A stretch of DNA of 64,000 nucleotides, from contig NC_068998.1 in NCBI RefSeq assembly GCF_001194135.2, positions 22,363,212-22,427,211 of the forward strand. The letters are read 5' to 3'. The first letter of the stretch is position 1, and the number at the start of each line of letters is the position of its first letter. The stretch comes from Octopus bimaculoides. Its lineage: Eukaryota. Shown piece after piece: positions 52,326 through 64,000 of this stretch. Position numbers and translations under genes: made by a program. Below the pieces are notes generated by a model that saw only the letters and a list, made by a program, of their open reading frames with translations, was not told the DNA's origin and made no database searches.

Positions 52326-55300
52326 GTTATATTTTTATCTATTTTTATGAGAAGCAGAATCAAATCCCGAATTTCACAGTGGATGTAATGCAAATAATAT
52401 TAATACTGTCCCCTATCTCATTTGTATGAGGATTAGTTACGCACTTCTAGAATATGTGACCTAAAAGTAAAGTCTCATTTTCTGCAAGTTCGGTGAAATC
52501 CTTTTGATATTATACACGTGGGTAAAGAATTAAACCGTCTCTAACATGACTATCGTATTGGAAATTATTGATGTAAACATTTTGTGTAAACCCTATACCT
52601 GTTTGATTGCTGCTTTGATAGCTTTTGATCTACACAATTGTCTATTCTCTCTTTCCTACCATATGTCACTCCCGACCAACTCATCTTTTCTCTTACCGTT
52701 TTTTTTTGTCGTGTCCAACAATGTCTATTACCAAGCACTAGGTTCCGTCTATCCTATTTGGACCATCGATACTTGGATAAACATACTTACTATGTCTTTC
52801 TAGTATTTATCACCTTCTAACAAAAAAGAAATACTTGACATCATTCTGAGTAGTATTGAAGTGATAACAAAATAAGAGGCCGATTCACATTTTCTCTGAC
52901 ATAACGAGTTAAAGAAAATCTAATTGCGAGGGGAAAATAGCTAAATGCATGGTGAGAGAGGTTGCAAAATACATGCTGTTTTGATAGTTTTTTTTCTGTT
53001 ATTACATTTCGTTTTAGCTGACTGGAGGTGTATAGTAGACGATAAGTCGTTCAGAAGTCTGCATTCCATTTGTAACACTGCATATTTCTACATTTAGAAA
53101 GTTATTATGAAACGTATCTGTACTCGTATTTTAAGATTGGTATTTGAATGATTATTCCTGCTAGGCTTTGCAGGGCGATTACCCGTATAGGGTTTTTTCA
53201 ATGGTACGACATGAATTATGGCAATGCATTACGTTTAAATTTACTTGTTACCTAATCTGGAGATAATCATATATACAACATGCCAATTTTGAAATATAAT
53301 TCAAGTATAGCAATTGTGTATTTTGACTGTACTTTTATTAAGATTAATTTCTACACTGTATTTTCTAAGTTTAGGAAAATGGTATTATGCAGAATAACAG
53401 AGAATAGTTTAATATATTCCGTAATTTATCTGATCATATGGCCATGCTCTCTTAGGGATTGTGATTTTAAAATTCATTTCATGATAGATTAATTGATTTA
53501 GACATTAGCATAGCTACACTACACCAATAAATTCCATCAGAGAATAGGCTTCGTCAATGATAATACCACAGTGCATGATTGATTTTTCTGCAGCTGCTAC
53601 ATCAACTCAAAAAGTAAATAATAAAAATGATAGCATAAGTATGTATTGTAAGTGAAATCAATACATTTATTTGATTAGAAAATAAGTAAGAAATTTTGAA
53701 TTTAATATTTTACAGGTAGTAATACGTTTTAGTTTTTCAAATCATTCCAAAGAAATATTAAAAGCTATATTTCTCTGCATTACCATAAATATAATTTTTG
53801 CTCGATAAATTGTTCTACTTTGTAAAATGTCTCTAATGTATAGCAGTAGAATTAATAAAATAAATAGGCACTGAAAAATCTCTAAGTAACCAATACCAAT
53901 ACTGATGATTGATAATGAACCTTTTAATATAAAAAAAGTATTGGACGTATATATTACAAAGGAAAATTCGGATAAGATCAGCTATTAAAAATAAAGTATG
54001 TAAAGTGAAGAGAATATGCTACATGAGGTATTCATTTAAAACATTTTCCTGTCGATTGATTTAAAATCCGAATTTCATCGAAAATTCATTGCTTTCCTTA
54101 GTAATTTTTAACAAGTATTTATTTATCATTTTAAAACTTACATGTTTACGTTTGTATATACATACAAAGAATATGTTATTAGCGGTGATTGCGTATAAAT
54201 AATGGGAAAAGGAATGTTAGTATGTGAACATGTACTAGACTGCAAGTGTGTATGTTCTCATACTTATAACATTATAGAAAAAATATATAAGTTTAGGAAA
54301 ACTTATGAGGATAACTTTGGAAAGCATTTTTAATAGCTTACTGTCGCCCAAATGTATCGTAAATTATCATACTGTTTGCATCTGTGAAGTTTGAAACTTT
54401 GATGTTAACTGTCAGGGTTACGATGTTTGAAAGTTTCCGCTATCATCAACAGATTCAGTTACACTGTGTTTCCGGTACGTTCAGGCGGATTGATCTTGTG
54501 TGTGTTGCATAATCGATAAAACTTTCTGATAATGAAGTTTATGTAGAAATATGCATGTGTATGCAATGCCTTGAAACGTATTACACAAAACAAACCCATT
54601 ACATATTCAATTGGTTTTCTTTAGATTGCTGTGATTTCTTTTCTGCGGAGTGTCATGGAGACGTGATTCGGGATTTCGGGCTATGATCACCAGATTCGAT
54701 TCTCAAATGGAGCAATACTCATTTCCCTTGAGCAATCACTTTTTTCACATTGCGTTTCCATGTTACATGAATACGAGAAGAAACGTTAATTGCGCAGTTA
54801 AATGAAGGTCATTTTTCGGATAATGAGTGTTTTTGTAGAGTGGGGTATTTCTAATTCAGCATTCTCTCTCGATTATAGAATTCTTATTTTTGTCTCATGA
54901 CAGCCCGCTGCTGATACTGGAAGGTTTTATGCCATATCAGCATACAGGTTTGAAACCTTACAGACGGAAACATTTTGATAGTATTTTATATGTTTCGGCG
55001 CAAGTAAGCTACTAAAAATATATTGTGTAATGTGATGTATCATACATTAACGTAATTTATGTTTAAAGAATATGATTAAGCGAAAAAGCATATACATAGT
55101 TATTATATATATGGTTGTAGTTCATATGAGATATAATTAGGTCGTTTATGATCGAAAAGATTCATTACCCATAAAACATTTGCTACCGACACACATGGTT
55201 ATCTTTTTGCTAGAATATCTCCCACAGTTTCCTTAAATTTTACAAATTATTTTCTTGCTGTGTCAAAATATATAAGTTTATTTTGTTAATTTATTGTTCA

Positions 55301-55394
55301 TGTTTGAGGGTGGCCATTTTCCCTTTATTCTGAGAATAAAAGAAACAACCAATGAAATTTAGATAAACCGGAACAAGTATCAAAGTACATTAAT

Positions 55395-55540
55395 TATATT
55401 ATTTACATTTAACGGATATGTGTCCTCATCTTGTTTGTTGTTAACACAACGTTTCGGCTGATATACCCTCCAACTTTCATCAGAAGTCTTGGGGAAATTT
55501 CGAACCTGTGTTCTCACTCTTAAGGTATTTTTCGATGTTA
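55395..55540 (-). mobile_element. Penelope-type terminal repeat (pLTR-like) fragment with a degenerate minimal hammerhead
   Basis: Minus strand gactt-CTGATGA-a-agttg-gagggtatat-cagcc-GAAA-cg-TT-gtgtt at 55443-55488. PLE origin is inferred from the known association of minimal HHRs with pLTRs. Confidence 0.6.
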
Positions 55541-55884
55541 TTATTATTATTTATTTCCCCTTCTTTCTACAAATATTCTTCCATTTCTCGCCGATTGTTT
55601 TCCGTACACCTAGGACAGAGAAGCTCATTGTACGCATTCCCAGTTTACATACGCAAATTCAGAGGTAAAATATGTATTTAAAAAGGTTAATAAATAAATA
55701 AATTCATGAATGGATGCTGTTTTCATAGCGTTAATGCTCTTCTTAGTATATGAGTCGTTCCAGCTAACACGATATCAAGATTTCTTACACTTCCTGTTGG
55801 GATGGTAAGTCTGGTATCATTTTCAAATAGGTTTCAGTACCCTTTTTTATCATTTCTAGAAATCGTACAATCACTGGTTCGGTG
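55537..55884 (-). mobile_element. 3' end (ORF C-terminus + 3' UTR) of an R4/Dong-clade element
   Basis: PVIVRFLEMIKKGTETYLKMIPDLPSQQEV..IVLAGTTHILRRALTL* (stop at 55723-55725), the typical RLE-element C-terminus; UTR ends in (AAT)n. Confidence 0.78.
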
Positions 55885-55912
55885 ATTATTATTATTATTA
55901 TTTTTATTAATA

Positions 55913-55995
<83 letters not shown>

Positions 55996-56035
55996 ATTAT
56001 TATTATTATTATTATTATTGTCATTGTTATTGTTA

Positions 56036-56083
<48 letters not shown>
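55885..56083. repeat. (ATT)n microsatellite
   Basis: Direct reading; runs into a gap. Confidence 0.95.
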
Positions 56084-56787
56084 NNNNNNNNNNNNNNNNN
56101 NNNNNNNNNNNNNNNNNNNNNNNNNNNNNNNNNNNNNNNNNNNNNNNNNNNNNNNNNNNNNNNNNNNNNNNNNNNNNNNNNNNNNNNNNNNNNNNNNNNN
56201 NNNNNNNNNNNNNNNNNNNNNNNNNNNNNNNNNNNNNNNNNNNNNNNNNNNNNNNNNNNNNNNNNNNNNNNNNNNNNNNNNNNNNNNNNNNNNNNNNNNN
56301 NNNNNNNNNNNNNNNNNNNNNNNNNNNNNNNNNNNNNNNNNNNNNNNNNNNNNNNNNNNNNNNNNNNNNNNNNNNNNNNNNNNNNNNNNNNNNNNNNNNN
56401 NNNNNNNNNNNNNNNNNNNNNNNNNNNNNNNNNNNNNNNNNNNNNNNNNNNNNNNNNNNNNNNNNNNNNNNNNNNNNNNNNNNNNNNNNNNNNNNNNNNN
56501 NNNNNNNNNNNNNNNNNNNNNNNNNNNNNNNNNNNNNNNNNNNNNNNNNNNNNNNNNNNNNNNNNNNNNNNNNNNNNNNNNNNNNNNNNNNNNNNNNNNN
56601 NNNNNNNNNNNNNNNNNNNNNNNNNNNNNNNNNNNNNNNNNNNNNNNNNNNNNNNNNNNNNNNNNNNNNNNNNNNNNNNNNNNNNNNNNNNNNNNNNNNN
56701 NNNNNNNNNNNNNNNNNNNNNNNNNNNNNNNNNNNNNNNNNNNNNNNNNNNNNNNNNNNNNNNNNNNNNNNNNNNNNNNNNNNNNNN
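56084..56787. other. Assembly gap (N)
   Basis: N run between (ATT)n and (TG)n. Confidence 1.
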
Positions 56788-56840
<53 letters not shown>

Positions 56841-57466
56841 ATATATATGTATATACATACGCGCGATCGTACACACACAAACATATATAAATGCGATGTA
56901 CTATTGTAGTATGTTTAGTTTTGTAAAAGCTTGACTATATGTATTAATTTTGACAATATAAACCGCATGCATGAATATAAAAATAGGGAATGTTACAAAA
57001 AATACAGGTCTTTAATAATGCGATAAGTATACACATGTTTTTCCATTTATATATTTTAAGAATGCATTTCTATTTCATTAAATATATTTTTCAATGCTAA
57101 AACAAAAATCAAAAATAGAATCTCTTGAAATTCAAATTCTCAATTTATTTGGCAATGTATTTCCACTCTAAATTTAAATTGAATTTGTATACAAAAAGAC
57201 AGAAAGAAAAGAAGAAAAAATATCTTGAAATACTTTGTCTATTAATGCTATTTAATTTTATTTCTAATAGAAAAAGATGACACTCATTAAAAGGTGAAAA
57301 TTGCTACTCAGTTTAGAAAATATAACTTGTAATTAGGGATGAAAATTCCATGTAATATAAAACATAAGATTTCCAATTTCTTTACGACATTATCAAAATT
57401 TTTAAAAATAGAAATTAATTACGTTGTAACTTTGGGCTATATACATTTCCATTTTATTAATTTCAG

Positions 57467-57773
57467 AAGATATATTGGATTTTGGCAATAGATTAAATGC
57501 TAATAAAAGTAAGTAGAATATCTGTAAAGTTTTGAAACATGTAATTGAAAGGAATATTTGATACTTCAGAAGAAGATGAAAAATATATTCGAGAATAGAT
57601 TTGGGAAAAATATATTAATGATTTGCATTCTCCTCAATTAGAAAATATAATATTGTCGACAATATATTGACATAAGCGCAATGTATTGATTAAAAGTGAT
57701 TCAACAAAGGAAGTTGAATCGTTCTTAGTGAAGCAAACATATGTAGCAAATTTATTAACTTATTTAGCACATT
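57467..57773 (+). pseudogene. Candidate pair of exons (57467-57508, 57570-57773) with two in-frame stops; weak resemblance to M13 peptidases
   Basis: Both have TTCAG acceptors and GTAAGT donors, lengths 42 and 204 nt, phase 1-1. Translation: DILDFGNRLNANK/EDEKYIRE*IWEKYINDLHSPQLENIILSTIY*HKRNVLIKSDSTKEVESFLVKQTYVANLLTYLAH. Confidence 0.3.
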
Positions 57774-58915
57774 GTAAGTAGTAAATATATTATATTATTT
57801 TCTTTTCAATTTATTCTTAAGTGCATTCAGTTGCAGCAGTAGAAATAATTAGACAATTAATCTTTTCAGCAATAAACTTACAGCTAATTTTCAAATAAAA
57901 ACTATATCTGACTATTTAGAATAATGAAATAAATCAATATATTTGTAAATATAAACATTCGGACACTGGTTCCAAAATGGATTAGAAAATTATATTCGAC
58001 ATGCATATTTCAGATATTTTCAGTCTTTTGCAAACGGAAAGTATTTAAAATTTATGAGTAAACCTAGAAATCATGTTTTCTTCCTTCTATCGCTTGCAAT
58101 CAATGACAGTAAAACACATTCGCAAATATGTAAAGATAAATTGATATCAGATGTGTATTATCGAAGATGTATTTTCCGAATATTTTGTAAATGTTTTCGT
58201 ATATTTGCTCCAAAAAAGGATAATTTGTCTTCTCCAGTTCTCCGAGATTACTTGGTTGTCACCCTTTTGTCTGTCCTAGTAGTATTATGTGACTGAAAGA
58301 TATGTACCCAAAGCCATAATATGTGCAGGTAAAGCATTTTATGAAAGAGTTGGTACACATTCACGGTGAATTTATAAAAGATATATAAATAATTTTGAAT
58401 GTCGGAAACTCTTGAAGATTTCCATAAATAAAGAGTATAAAGTTCCGTTTTTTTTATCTAGTGAGTATATTATGTATTTCCTATCTCGTGTTATTGGTTA
58501 TTACGTAAAGATATTACGTACGATAAACATACCGTAAATGGAAGCTGGGTGGCTTATTGCTGCAGGTTATAATTGCATGTTATGTTTTTTTTTCCACGCA
58601 ATAATAGGCAAATCATGACTTTACACAATAACATGCAGTTATTACATTTTGTACACATGCACCTGTGTACAATTGATTGTTTCTAATTTCGATATTCCTT
58701 GCATAATGTAACGATACCTAATGAATATAATAGTGTTATTATTTTTGAAAAGAGTATATAGAAGCATCTCAAACATCCTGTTAAACAGCCGTAAACGTAA
58801 ATTTGTTCATGCAAAAGTATTATAGTCATTTTCGTGTATCAATGATATTTTAAAATGATTTTCTTATTGATAAGTTGTTATATATATTGGTTTACGTGAG
58901 TTATAATTATTTCAG

Positions 58916-59092
58916 TTTGACACAATAAGAGAGAAGAAAGATATACAATTTGGTGGGTAAGTGACAACAGTAACATATTCCTTAATATATGCAATATTTA
59001 GTGACTTGAGGGTTGTATCAAGTGTCTTTTTGCTACAGAAGCCTGTACGACAACAGGCTTGTAATACAGAGAATGTTCTCGGCTAATTTTGG
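58916..59092 (+). other. Candidate small exon pair (58916-58956, 59039-59092)
   Basis: ttcag/gtaagt then ctacag/gtactc; phase-compatible reading FDTIREKKDIQFGG-SLYDNRLVIQRMFSANFG; product not recognised. Confidence 0.2.
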
Positions 59093-59731
59093 GTACTCTT
59101 CCGTACCTGACTAGAAGAAACACAAGTAATATATATGCTCGCGATTAAACTAAATAGTAAGCAGATGTATAAAGCGTCATTAGATCTTCTTAATACTAGA
59201 TAGCATCTGACTGATTTGGGTACAATATGTCGTGTATAAAGCCAATATTATGAAGGGCTGCAATATATCAGCGATAATTAGGTAAAACAGGTAGTTTTAT
59301 CTTGCATATGATAATTACGTAAATCACGTAGTCTTATCTTGAAAGATGATATGCATTAACTGGTCATTGGGATGAATTTCCCTGGAATACTTAGGTATGG
59401 CGGGTTTGAATTCACTGTATAGAAGGGTATTCAACAATTAAAAGTTTAATAGGAACAGAATTGTATATTAAAACTTAACATAATATTCAGAAAATTTAGT
59501 ATGTTGATATTTGTGTCGCATACTAATGTCCTTATGCCCATTCCTAAATATCAATAATTGGTGAGCTTTACCAATCTCGAACAACATACTTTAAGTTGAA
59601 TATCAATGAATTAGGCTCCAATAACTCTGCTCACTTCCATATCATTGTATAGACAGGAGACATCATACAATACATCCCCCGTACATCTTTAAAAACTAGC
59701 ATTAAATAATCAAACCAGACACAACAAAATT

Positions 59732-60060
59732 AACAAGAGTACTCAGAGAGCGCAAACCTCCGACAAGGCAACACCAACGTCCTCTCAAAGATTAACCAGA
59801 GATGATTTTTAAAATGAGAATATCTGAAACGAGCTCAACTGTTCTCACAAATAAGAATACTAAAAATCAACCCGGCAGCACTCAAAAATTAAGTAAAACC
59901 CAAAGAAAAAAAGAAAACAGGAAAAATAATTCAGAATTCTTGTCCGGTAGCGGATCAATACCCAAATCTAATCCGTTCGTGCCAGTGACGTGGACAAACA
60001 TCCCTAAAAGTTTCATCTGATTAAAGAACAAATTGCATGTTTGATTATCATAACCTAAGA
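59732..60060 (+). mobile_element. Probable non-autonomous HINE/Helentron-like repeat
   Basis: AACAAGAGTACTCAGAGAGCGCAAACCTCCG start and ggatcaatacccaaatctaatc..tttcat core resemble recalled HINE-type elements; not verified. Confidence 0.4.
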
Positions 60061-61486
60061 TAGATCTGATCACTAAGGTATCCAGAACGTGGAAGATTAC
60101 TCGCCTCTTAATCATATACAAAAAATAAGAATTTCATTTCAATAGGAGCCGTATTTGTTAGATGTCTTAATGCCACATTGTAAATGTGTTAATATTATTA
60201 AAAATAAATTGTTATGTATTCCTCACTGTGCCAGTAAAATGTTTGGATATATTCTGTGATAAAATGGTTTCCACTGGAATACGGCGTTCTTTACAAAGGA
60301 GATATTTTCCTGGAGTTAATTCTTTTTACTGTGCAGGGAAACTTGCTTTCATTGATTCTCATTATTTGCATTTTGTATTACGTTTATACATTTTAAGCAT
60401 AAGTTCATTACCTACAGAGGAAGTGGGAATAACTTTGTCGAGTGGGAGTAACATTTTCGAGTACCTCGTTATTATTATGAAATCTTCAGATTTGTCGATT
60501 AGGTGTTTTTGGTATAATATTTTTGGGATAGAATGGTGATATTTCTCTAGGTATAACGGAAAGGAAACTTGCAATATGCACCTACATTTTTTGGTGTCTG
60601 TTTGCATATTTCTCGCAAATTACGCTGCGATATCTATAGTTTGGCAGTTAAGTGTAAACATTAAGCTATACTCAGCAATACTGCATTACGTGTTATATCA
60701 TTTGTTCATCGATCACTCCTCACAAACTCTTGTTAATTGTAAGACGAATATGAAAAATAGAACGCCGAATGATGTATATTATAACCAGAGAGTAAAAGTG
60801 GTTTAACACCTTAAAAAATATTTGGATGTAACGGAATAAACGAATCAAGCTGTGTCGTAGTATATGCAGTTATCATACATTTTATATTCAAGAAAATCTT
60901 CATCCATGTTTTTATATCTTATTGGCATTTTCTTTATATGCTATTCCAGTGTTGCCATTAAAGAAAATATGTGATTGGCAGCTACACCATTCTTCATTTT
61001 TTCGTTTCTCCGTTATCAAGAAAATCTCGCCTGTGTAGATTTTCTGTGAGATGCAATGTTACATAAAATGAGATTGACATATCATTTGGTAATAATTTTC
61101 ATCGATGATTTGTTGCTTAGTTGAAGCTTTGGAGGTATCTGAGAATTTATCGAAATCTAAAAATTATCTTGGAAGAGCCCTTATAATCATTTAATGACAT
61201 CAATAAAAGAGAATAAAATTACATTTAATGTATTTAATGATGTATCAAATGTTTCATCGTTCTCCTGCGACCTGGGTGCAGGGAAGGTATATTTATTCTT
61301 GGTAAAATGCAAAAAAAAGAATTATTTCATTCAGTATTGTAGAGCTAAATTATACGAAACGATACAAGAAGCGAGTATAAAATATTTCATATTATTCTAC
61401 CATATGGAACATTGTGGTCTACCATATGGAACATTTAGAGATATACTTGGCTAAAATGTAGATGTCTCCATTCGTGCATCATACAT

Positions 61487-62602
61487 ACACGGTAGTGTGT
61501 GAATAGTATTCTTAAGGTCAACATTTACTGACTCGTGACCAATTCTAGGCTTTGTCACTAACTCATTTGTTAACTAAATGAAATGATGTTTTCAATTTTA
61601 TATTTGTCACATCCTCAGCAACATTTTCAACTACCAAATTTGAAAATTGCTTCAGGAGAAAAACGTTTGAGTAAAATATATGGGGTCAAAACGCGAGAGT
61701 AACACCTGAAATCGACTTTGAGTCGAAATATTTTTTTGAAAGAAATATAAATTTTATTTTAGTGTATATGATAGATTTCGGCGGGAGGAATTTATTCATG
61801 TTAGTTATATGCAAAACTATTCAGTACTGAGGTAAAAACCGACGAAAACAAAAGGAGATTAACACTTGCGGTCGATTTTGACTCCAAATATTCTTCTTCT
61901 TTCGAAAGGAAACTATATTTAAATTTAACCTTTCTGATAGATCTCAACTACAGGAATCCCATGATGGTAATTACATATATAAATAGATTTTTGAAAAAAA
62001 CTAACGGAGCCAAATGTGGTGACAATATTGGTAACGTCTAAAAGGAAATTCAAAACCACAACATTTTGATTTTGTGAATATATTTTATCTTTGTTTAGCT
62101 CATATAACAGAAATCATCGAGACGAGTAACGTGGTGGTAATATTTTCAGAAATATTCAAAATCAAAAACGTTATAATATAAGTGAAATGTGCCAAAAGTA
62201 CGTAAAACAGTTTCCAAGTAATATTATGACTTATTACGATACGATGACCTGGAGAGTCATTAAGACGGAAAGTGAAAGCTTCGCAGCATATCGTCTGTCT
62301 CTACATTCTGAGTTCAAATTCTGCCATGGTCGTTTTGCCTTTTATCATTTCGCTGAGCACTGAGATCAATGTAATCAAATCTTCCCCTCCAGATTTGATG
62401 GCCTTCTGCCAGAATTCGAAACTAATATTGGAAAATGTTTGATTCAATTCATTATTTAGGTATCATGCATAGATCTACCTCATATTCATAAAATACATTA
62501 TATTGCAAAAAAATTCCATTCACATACGGTAGTGTGTGAATAATATTCTTAAGGTCAATTTTCACTCACCCACGGCCGCTTCTAGGTCTTGTCACTAATT
62601 CA
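61487..62602 (+). repeat. Dispersed ~80-bp duplication (61487-61566 and 62524-62602)
   Basis: acggtagtgtgtgaata.tattcttaaggtcaa...ttctagg..ttgtcactaa in both copies. Confidence 0.85.
62280..62430 (+). mobile_element. Degenerate SINE family B copy
   Basis: tcgtctgtctctacattctgagttcaaattctgcc..tgcctttatc..atgtaatc..ccttctgccagaattcgaaac. Confidence 0.7.
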
Positions 62603-62776
62603 GATTTTCACCAAATTTGATGATGTTTATATATTTCTAGATTGGTACCTTCTAAGCTACAGTTGGAAACAGTTGATGACAAGTGGACTATTTTCTGGAG
62701 TCTATCGTAAATAGACACACGCACACAAACGCACACACGCACACACACGCCCGCGCACACATATATATGTGTGTGC

Positions 62777-62812
<36 letters not shown>

Positions 62813-64000
62813 GCATACATACATGCATATTACTCACATATATACATAATTATTGCAGACGAATGTTGATGAGGTTTAAAGTTTAATCCTTTTCACTTAA
62901 TCACAAAATAGGATTTAGAAGCTGGCATTTTTCTGCATGATTGTTGTCTATCACAAAAGGAAACCAAAAGTTATTCAACGAGCGGGAAATTTTATGAAAC
63001 AAACAAAGGCAAAGCATTACGACGACCAAATTTGTCTGAACGTCTGAAGTTTTAGTAAGGTTTTTGTTTTGCTTTTAAACTTTAATTCAGTATTGATAGT
63101 AGCAGAAATTAGATTATTATTTCGTAGGGTATATAGGCAAGGTTTTTGGTTTCAGGGAGTATGAGTAGATTTTCAGGGTAGCTGGATTCAGATTTATTTT
63201 TCAGGCAAGTTAACAAGAACAGTAGCTGAATTGCAGGCTATATTTTTATTTTGCATGGATTACGACTAACAAACAGACTTTGCTTTAATAAGGTCAGGTG
63301 ACCCCTCGTACCTTACGGTGGGTGCATTGGCTACTTTTGCATTTACAAAAAAATTATATTAGCCGTGGCTTTACTATTCATATGATCAGATTTTCTTCTT
63401 ACTATATAGTTGATATATTCTTATAACTCTTCATGCCAGCTCTTCTTACTATATATAAGATATAGCTAATTTTAGTTCTTGATTTTATCATAAAATTGAT
63501 ATTACATTAATTTTCACTATCATATAGAAAATTATGTTTTTAGTGAAATCTTGCACTTTGTTTAAATATAACAATTTTATATACAGTGAAGATATAGGAT
63601 CTAATATTTTTACTATTAGAAATACATTTCTCTTTATCTTAATGAATTATTAATTTTAAAGGAAATAAATATACAGGCGGATTTCCTTTAATTACCACAA
63701 TACAAGCACTCATTTATGTATAATAAATATAGCTTGCATGTTTTAATTTTGACGCTTCGCTTTATTGTATGAGGGGCGGTTGCATTGAATACAGGGCCTA
63801 ATAATAATGAAGAAAAATTAAACAAATAGTGGGTTACAGAATTAAATGATGAAGAAATGAAGAAAGATCAAAGCAAATATAGAAGAAAAAGAAGAAATGT
63901 AAGAAACATAACCAAATAACTAATGATGAAACCCAGTTCAGATAACATTTTCTTATTTGTAGAGTTGAAGAAAAAATATGTCAAAATTAAAAGAACGCAA

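Noticed and set aside
54909-54942. Small hairpin tgctgatactgg...ccatatcagca
   Set aside because: Short, imperfect, single copy, and no recognisable RNA family.
61657-61890. Possible MITE bounded by tatatggggtcaaaa / ttttgactccaaata
   Set aside because: Only ~15 bp of imperfect inverted match; could be chance.

Overview
AT-rich, microsatellite-dense, repeat-dominated eukaryotic genomic DNA with nine N gaps. The repeat landscape (two tRNA-derived SINE families, Penelope-like, R4/Dong, Tx1, CR1-like and RTE remnants, many mariner relics) is most consistent with a cephalopod, probably Octopus; this is inferred from recall, not from a search. No intact host gene is confidently visible. There are only low-confidence exon candidates at 50.5-50.7 kb (-) and 57.5-59.1 kb (+). 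All transposon ORFs are disrupted. The most notable unexplained structures are: (i) a ~259-bp direct repeat at 34.2-34.6 kb whose first copy carries a complete minimal type I hammerhead ribozyme core on the minus strand (retrozyme/PLE-like); (ii) a second, degenerate minimal hammerhead at 55.4 kb; (iii) two related foldback elements at 19.6 and 33.3 kb; (iv) a mariner double-5'-end foldback and a mariner-TIR-derived 43-bp minisatellite; (v) R4/Dong pieces that abut (TAA)n tracts; (vi) head-to-tail SINE arrays. All coordinates were read by eye and repeat boundaries are approximate.
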